From positions 16,740,001 through 16,804,000 of the forward strand of contig CM106585.1 of NCBI GenBank assembly GCA_048013815.1: a DNA stretch of 64,000 nucleotides, read 5' to 3'. Origin of the DNA: Setoptus koraiensis. Its lineage: Eukaryota; Animalia; Arthropoda. A program made the translations under genes and the position numbers. The notes under the pieces are model-generated. The model was not told the DNA's origin. It searched no databases and saw only the letters and a program-made list of their open reading frames with translations. The first letter of the stretch is position 1; each line of letters opens with the position of its first letter. Shown here one piece after another: positions 59,161-64,000 of this stretch.

Positions 59161-61438
59161 TTCGGGGATTTTTCGCCGCCGCTGCCGCCGCCGCCGCCAG
59201 TCGGCCAGTTTGCTGTCGGGGCAAACACAAGCCCCGACGGACTGCGTTACAGGGGTACTGTAGCTGGGTCACGTTCAGCCGAAACGGGGCAAAGTGAACA
59301 GCGAGCGGGGACACGCGAAGAAATGGCCGCCAGGCGAGCGCCCTCTACGTCGCTGCAACGAGAGACCCCGGTTGCATGGATATAGAGGCAGTTGCGTCTA
59401 TATTAGTGGCCGGCTCAAATGCACCAGTCTATCCAGTATATCCGACGGCACGGCCACAGGTATAGCTGATGGCTCGCTGTACTGCCAGTAGCTCACTCTC
59501 TTGTCAGTGCTTGGCAGCGGTCCGCTGGACTCCACTGACTTGAGTGACTCGTGCGCGGGCGACGCTCGTAATGCCGGAAATTGGCCCCCACTTGCCCAAA
59601 AAAGCCCAGCGAGCGAGCGTTCGTTGCGCGCAATATCTTGTTTGTGGCGCTTACAAGTTACATAACTGCAGAACAGCAAGTCAACATGCCCACGTGTCGC
59701 ATCAATCTGGGCCAAATCGCTGGCGTGGAGCGCGCCAAGGCGGGCCAAATGCCCGCTTCCTGGCCGGCGGTGCGCTGTTTGCGCGCCTCTCTGTGTTCCG
59801 AGGCTCGTTTGTTGTTGTGTGTCGATTTTGGTGACATGATCGGGCCCCATTTCGGGCGCCGCTCTGTGGGCCGTTCCTCTCGGTCGCTGGTCGTTTTTTC
59901 TCTTTTTTGATAGGTTGCCCAAATTGACGGCAGCCTGGCGAGCTGGCCCGTGTGCACACACACACACGCGCACGCTGACACACTAATGGCACACTAATAG
60001 TGCAAAGTGTATTATGTAACGTGCAACAACAAACAGCATCGGCTGTCAACTGTCAGCCAGCAGCAGCAGAATTGGCGCTGGTGCCGTAGAGGGGGGCCGC
60101 CAAGTGAGCAGCAAGCATCTAATTAAAGTACAAATAACGGCACGCGCTCATTTATTTGACTGGCGCCCGCAGCGGCAACTCGGGCTGGCCGGATTGATGC
60201 GCGCACGGGCACGATATCCGTGAGACACACATTTGAGCTGCCTTTGAGTATGGCAGTGGGGCCCCAGTATGACGGCAGCCGTGCCAGTGACAGTGGCAGA
60301 GACAAACAAGCGGGCTCGCTTATTAGGCGACAGCGGCAAGACACGACACTGTTGGCGCTGCTGTCGTGGCGCGCGCTTGTTAGCTGGCGCCAGTTGGTTA
60401 GATAGACACGCACCATCACGACGACATAACAAGTGGCTAGCTGGCTTGCGATGTTTTGTTTGCCTGTTTGTTTGTTTGGCTGTTTGTTTGTCGCAACTTG
60501 CGACTCGCAGGCCGTGACAATTGTTGACAAAATTTGCGCTGCACGACAATTGGTCACGACAACAACAGCAACGAGCAACGACAACAACAAGCAACAACGA
60601 GCAACGACAACAACAAGCAACAGCGAGCAACAACAATCAACGACAAGCAACGACAGCGACCGGCGGCCGGCAGGAAAAAGCAGAAGCGCAAACAGAATAT
60701 TTTAATATGCCCCCGCCCCCGCAACGGCTCACCTGCCCGACAGGTGAGTTGTTTTTGGCCGGCTCGGTCGGCTCGGGCGCTCGCTTGAGCCTCAGTCAGT
60801 GTCGGGCTCAGTCGGTGCGGCCCGTCGGTGCGGCCAGTCGGCGCGGCCCGTCGCTTCGGCCAGCGACGGATGGGACCAGGTGAGCAGCTGGGCGAGTCGG
60901 GCCGGATCAGAGGGGGCGCAGGTTGCGTGCTGCAGGTTGCATGCCGCGGATTGCATGCCGCGGATTGCATTGTTGGGCAATCCTCGCGGGCCCGCGAAGG
61001 CAACATGCAGTTTTATGCGAGCACCAAGTGCTCGCAAAAACCCGGTCGCAAAAACAACCGCGCGGATATAAATGGATACCGCCGAACGGGCTTATATCCG
61101 CACGGGCATCCGACTGAATTAGGGGCTGACACAAAAGGAGCCACACATTGCCCAATAAACTGGCCGAGTGGAGCCGGTCTCGGGGGCGAGCCGCTGCGGC
61201 AGCGACCACTGGGGGACGATAACTGCAAACACAGATATCAAGACATTTGCTGCTATTTTGGCACGGCAACTCGGTGAAAATAGCACCAAATGGCAGCTTA
61301 ATAATGCGGCCAGCGCAAAGAGCCAGCTATTTGTGAGTTTGTTGCTGGCATTATTAGCAGGCTTGTTGTTATTACTTTTGTCGGCGACACACAGCGGCCG
61401 TTTCATTGGGTCGCGTCGTGAGACGCTCACTTGATACG

Positions 61439-61534
61439 TTACGCAACTGGCCGGCGTGTATTACGTAACTAGCCGGCGTGTATTACGCAACGGGCCGACG
61501 CGTATTACGCAACGGGCCAGCGTGTATTGCGTAG
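61439..61534. promoter_or_regulatory. 22-bp tandem array, each unit carrying a PAR/C-EBP bZIP-type site
   Basis: TTACGCAA 61439, TTACGTAA 61461, TTACGCAA 61483, TTACGCAA 61505, TTGCGTAG 61527. The repeat is certain; the regulatory role is inferred. Confidence 0.5.
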
Positions 61535-61858
61535 CTGGCTGCTGCTGTTTGTTATCACTTTTACTGGCGTCGCTACAACCATTACGGGCCCGCTATTGGC
61601 TGGCCGGTGTTGTTGTTGTCGTTATTCTATTTGTTGTCGGTGTCGCTAACGTTGTTGCCGCCGACGACCAACAGCGACATGCCCGGCGACGGGCCCCAGA
61701 CTGGGGCCCCAGTTCGCCTGCGACCGGCAAGCTAACGGTTTGTAGCAACTCGCAGCCGTTAGTTACTAATACACACACACACAATCATATCTGGCGAGTT
61801 TATTTGGCCGGTTATTGGGCCAAGTGTGCGGCCAAATGAACTGGCGACAGCCAAGCTC

Positions 61859-61903
61859 GCCAGAGACAATATCCAGAGGCTCCGGCTGGATATTGTCTCT
61901 GGC
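61859..61903. other. Perfect 18-bp inverted repeat with a 9-nt loop (candidate pre-miRNA/hairpin RNA or fold-back)
   Basis: gccagagacaatatccag (61859-61876) is the exact reverse complement of ctggatattgtctctggc (61886-61903). Confidence 0.6.
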
Positions 61904-62167
61904 TATGAATGGACAGCCAGCCAGCCAGTATATCACGGTAGTCGCAGTAGCGAGCATTTAGCAAATAATCTTTTTGTAATCACACACGCGGGATTAACAT
62001 TATTATGAGGCGCGCGGATATAGTCGACACGCGCTGCAAAAGCCAGTGGCACGCACAGGTCGCGCTCGCCAGGCGCCTATAGCCCCGGAGCCACTTGCCC
62101 GACATGGGCGCCCGGGCCCCCGAGCCGATGATGTAATCAAAGATCAAGAGCCAGCGCGAGCAAATGA

Positions 62168-62202
<35 letters not shown>

Positions 62203-62519
62203 CTATGTGCGGTCTAGCCGGGGCTAATCTAGTGCGCGCGTTGTGGCCGCGCGCGCTGGCTTGGGGCGACTGGCTCACCGGCCCGACTGGCGCGACGGCC
62301 CGTCATTGTTGTGGCGAACTGGCGCACAGCGGCCGCGCCGTGCAAACCGCCCATTCGGCGACCGGGGACCCGGGCAGCTGGGGGGGCCCCGCGAGTCACA
62401 ATCGCTGTTTGTTGGTGCGAACGCAGCACTGACAGGGGCCATTCAATTGAGCTATCGCCTGCGCTGGGGCCCATTGTGCCCGGCCGCTCGGGCCCCAGCG
62501 CTCGGTGTGGCCAATGTGG

Positions 62520-62655
62520 ATACGCGTGGATATGTGCGGATATGCGCGAATGTGTGCGGATATGTGCGAATGAGTGCGAACGTGTGCGGATATGTGCGAA
62601 TGTGTGCGATTGTGTGCGATTGTGTGCGGATATATGTGAATTTGGCGTGTGCGGA
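62520..62655. repeat. Degenerate 10-bp tandem repeat (tatgtgcgga/tgtgtgcgaa), about 12 copies
   Basis: Direct reading. Confidence 0.88.
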
Positions 62656-64000
62656 TGTGCCAGCCCAACACTGGGCCGTCGTCGGCTCGGCTCGCTGCAA
62701 GTGAGCAACGCGCGACAAACGCCGACGCCAGCACATGGGCTGGCAAACAATTCGGGGCCCCGTTTTGTCGCGCCAGCGGCAAGCGGGCGCACAAGAGAGC
62801 GCCGACGAGCGACAATCAAGAAGAAAGGAATTGATTATTTTCAGCGGCAGAGGCGCAGGATCTTGCACATCCATCTCTCTAGGTATGTGTCCCCGCGGAA
62901 TTGTTATAATAGTTACATTATAACAGTGTGTGTGTGTGCTATAATTTCGCGAGAATTATGCCTGAGCGGGCCCCATGTGCCGCTATGTACGCACTACACT
63001 AAAATAGTCTCATAGTGAGGTATAATTGCAGCGTTGGAGACGCGCGCCACGAGGCCAAGATAATTATCTATTTAACGACCCACAATCACCATTATCATCT
63101 GGCGGCGCTGGCTTGCTCGCAGCCCGCGCCAGACACAATCGCGGGCCACACAAGCCAGCGCCGAGAATGGGGCGCCGGGCCCCATTGTTTGGGTCTCGCC
63201 GGTGTTGTTTAGTGCCCCTGGCTGAATAAGATCAATTTTGTTGGCCTTGATAGATGGCTATTAGCCAGCAACCAGTAACCGGCCGCTAGGTGGCCGCCGA
63301 ATGAAGCTGCAGGTTGGCAGCCTTGCTCGGCGCGGCTATTGGCCCACCGGGGTCCATTGGCTATCTGTCTACGGGTATATATCAGACCAATATATATATA
63401 TCAGACAGATATATATATATTGGCAGCGCGCATTGGCTCGGCGCGGCTCGACGCGGCTCGGTGCGGCGCCCCCAAACAAGCAAATAGACGACAAATTTGT
63501 GTGCTGATTTACATCCCGGCCAGGCCCGTTATTCGCGATAATGGCACGTTTGAGCGCGACGTTGCTGCCACCACTGGCGCCTTTGGGGGCCCGCAAGCCG
63601 ACAGGCAAGTGGCCGCGTGCGTCACGAGTAGCGACTCGCCAGCAATATGACGATAAATGGCGCGACAAATGAAGGCGCCATTACAACTAACTAGCTGTTT
63701 TGTAGCGTGGCGCGACAGTTGGCTATCATGGGCGCAATGGTCGGTTGGGGCCCCAAACCACACAACGGCGCCTTGTGTCGCGGCCGACTGGTGCAACGCG
63801 TCGGGCCGGATAATGCCACTGGATAGCGTTTGGATCGAGTGGATATTTATATCCGCACATATGTGCAATATTAAGCGAATGTATACGCGGCCGACCGGCA
63901 CAAATTTAAGGGGCGCAAATGTTAATGCGCGGCCACTGGGGCCGCTGGGCGCAACATTGATTACTGCTACTTGCCTTTATAATAGATAGATGGATAAATA

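Noticed and set aside
59415-59460. Minus-strand peptide RRIYWIDW resembling an LDL-receptor YWTD repeat
   Set aside because: A stop follows three codons later, and there are no further repeats or usable splice donor.
1-64000. CRISPR arrays, tRNA/rRNA genes, transposase or integrase ORFs
   Set aside because: Tandem repeats have no unique spacers and the DNA is eukaryotic. GTTCGA words lack cloverleaf context, and no rRNA or transposase motifs were seen by eye.

Overview
This is eukaryotic (animal, arthropod-like) genomic DNA with GT-AG introns, not a prokaryotic locus. By inference from intronless conserved genes packed end to end beside repeat-built GC-rich introns, it resembles a genome-reduced mite such as an eriophyoid; the taxon cannot be proven from this window. 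The left ~34.7 kb and the right ~6 kb are non-coding-looking DNA made of CAA/TTG low-complexity tracts, microsatellites, short tandem stutters and small inverted repeats, and I could not recognise any protein domain there. Five genes are recognisable: CTU2 (-, 35988-37076, intronless); an ARHGEF17-type RhoGEF (+, 7 exons from 40090 to 51227, about 2270 aa, one 5.7 kb exon); FRG1 (+, 2 exons, 51782-52703); a kinesin-8/KIF18 (+, intronless); and transketolase (+, intronless). The last exons of an unidentified single-pass membrane protein gene lie on the minus strand, with its stop codon only 21 nt from the TKT stop. The most notable observations are: (1) a diverged ~0.63 kb copy of [RhoGEF 3' end + intergenic + FRG1 exon 1] fused to the CTU2 3' end, which supplies the CTU2 stop codon from the antisense strand of FRG1 exon 1 and appears to remove its C-terminal Cys-rich region; (2) 3' splice sites lacking polypyrimidine tracts, two of them AAG; (3) a possible 2.1 kb exitron inside the giant RhoGEF exon; (4) about 10-fold enrichment of the PAR/C-EBP bZIP site TTACGTAA in non-coding DNA, including a five-site array spaced at exactly 22 bp; (5) a perfect 18-bp hairpin. 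All identifications come from recalled family motifs and manual alignment; no database search was run.
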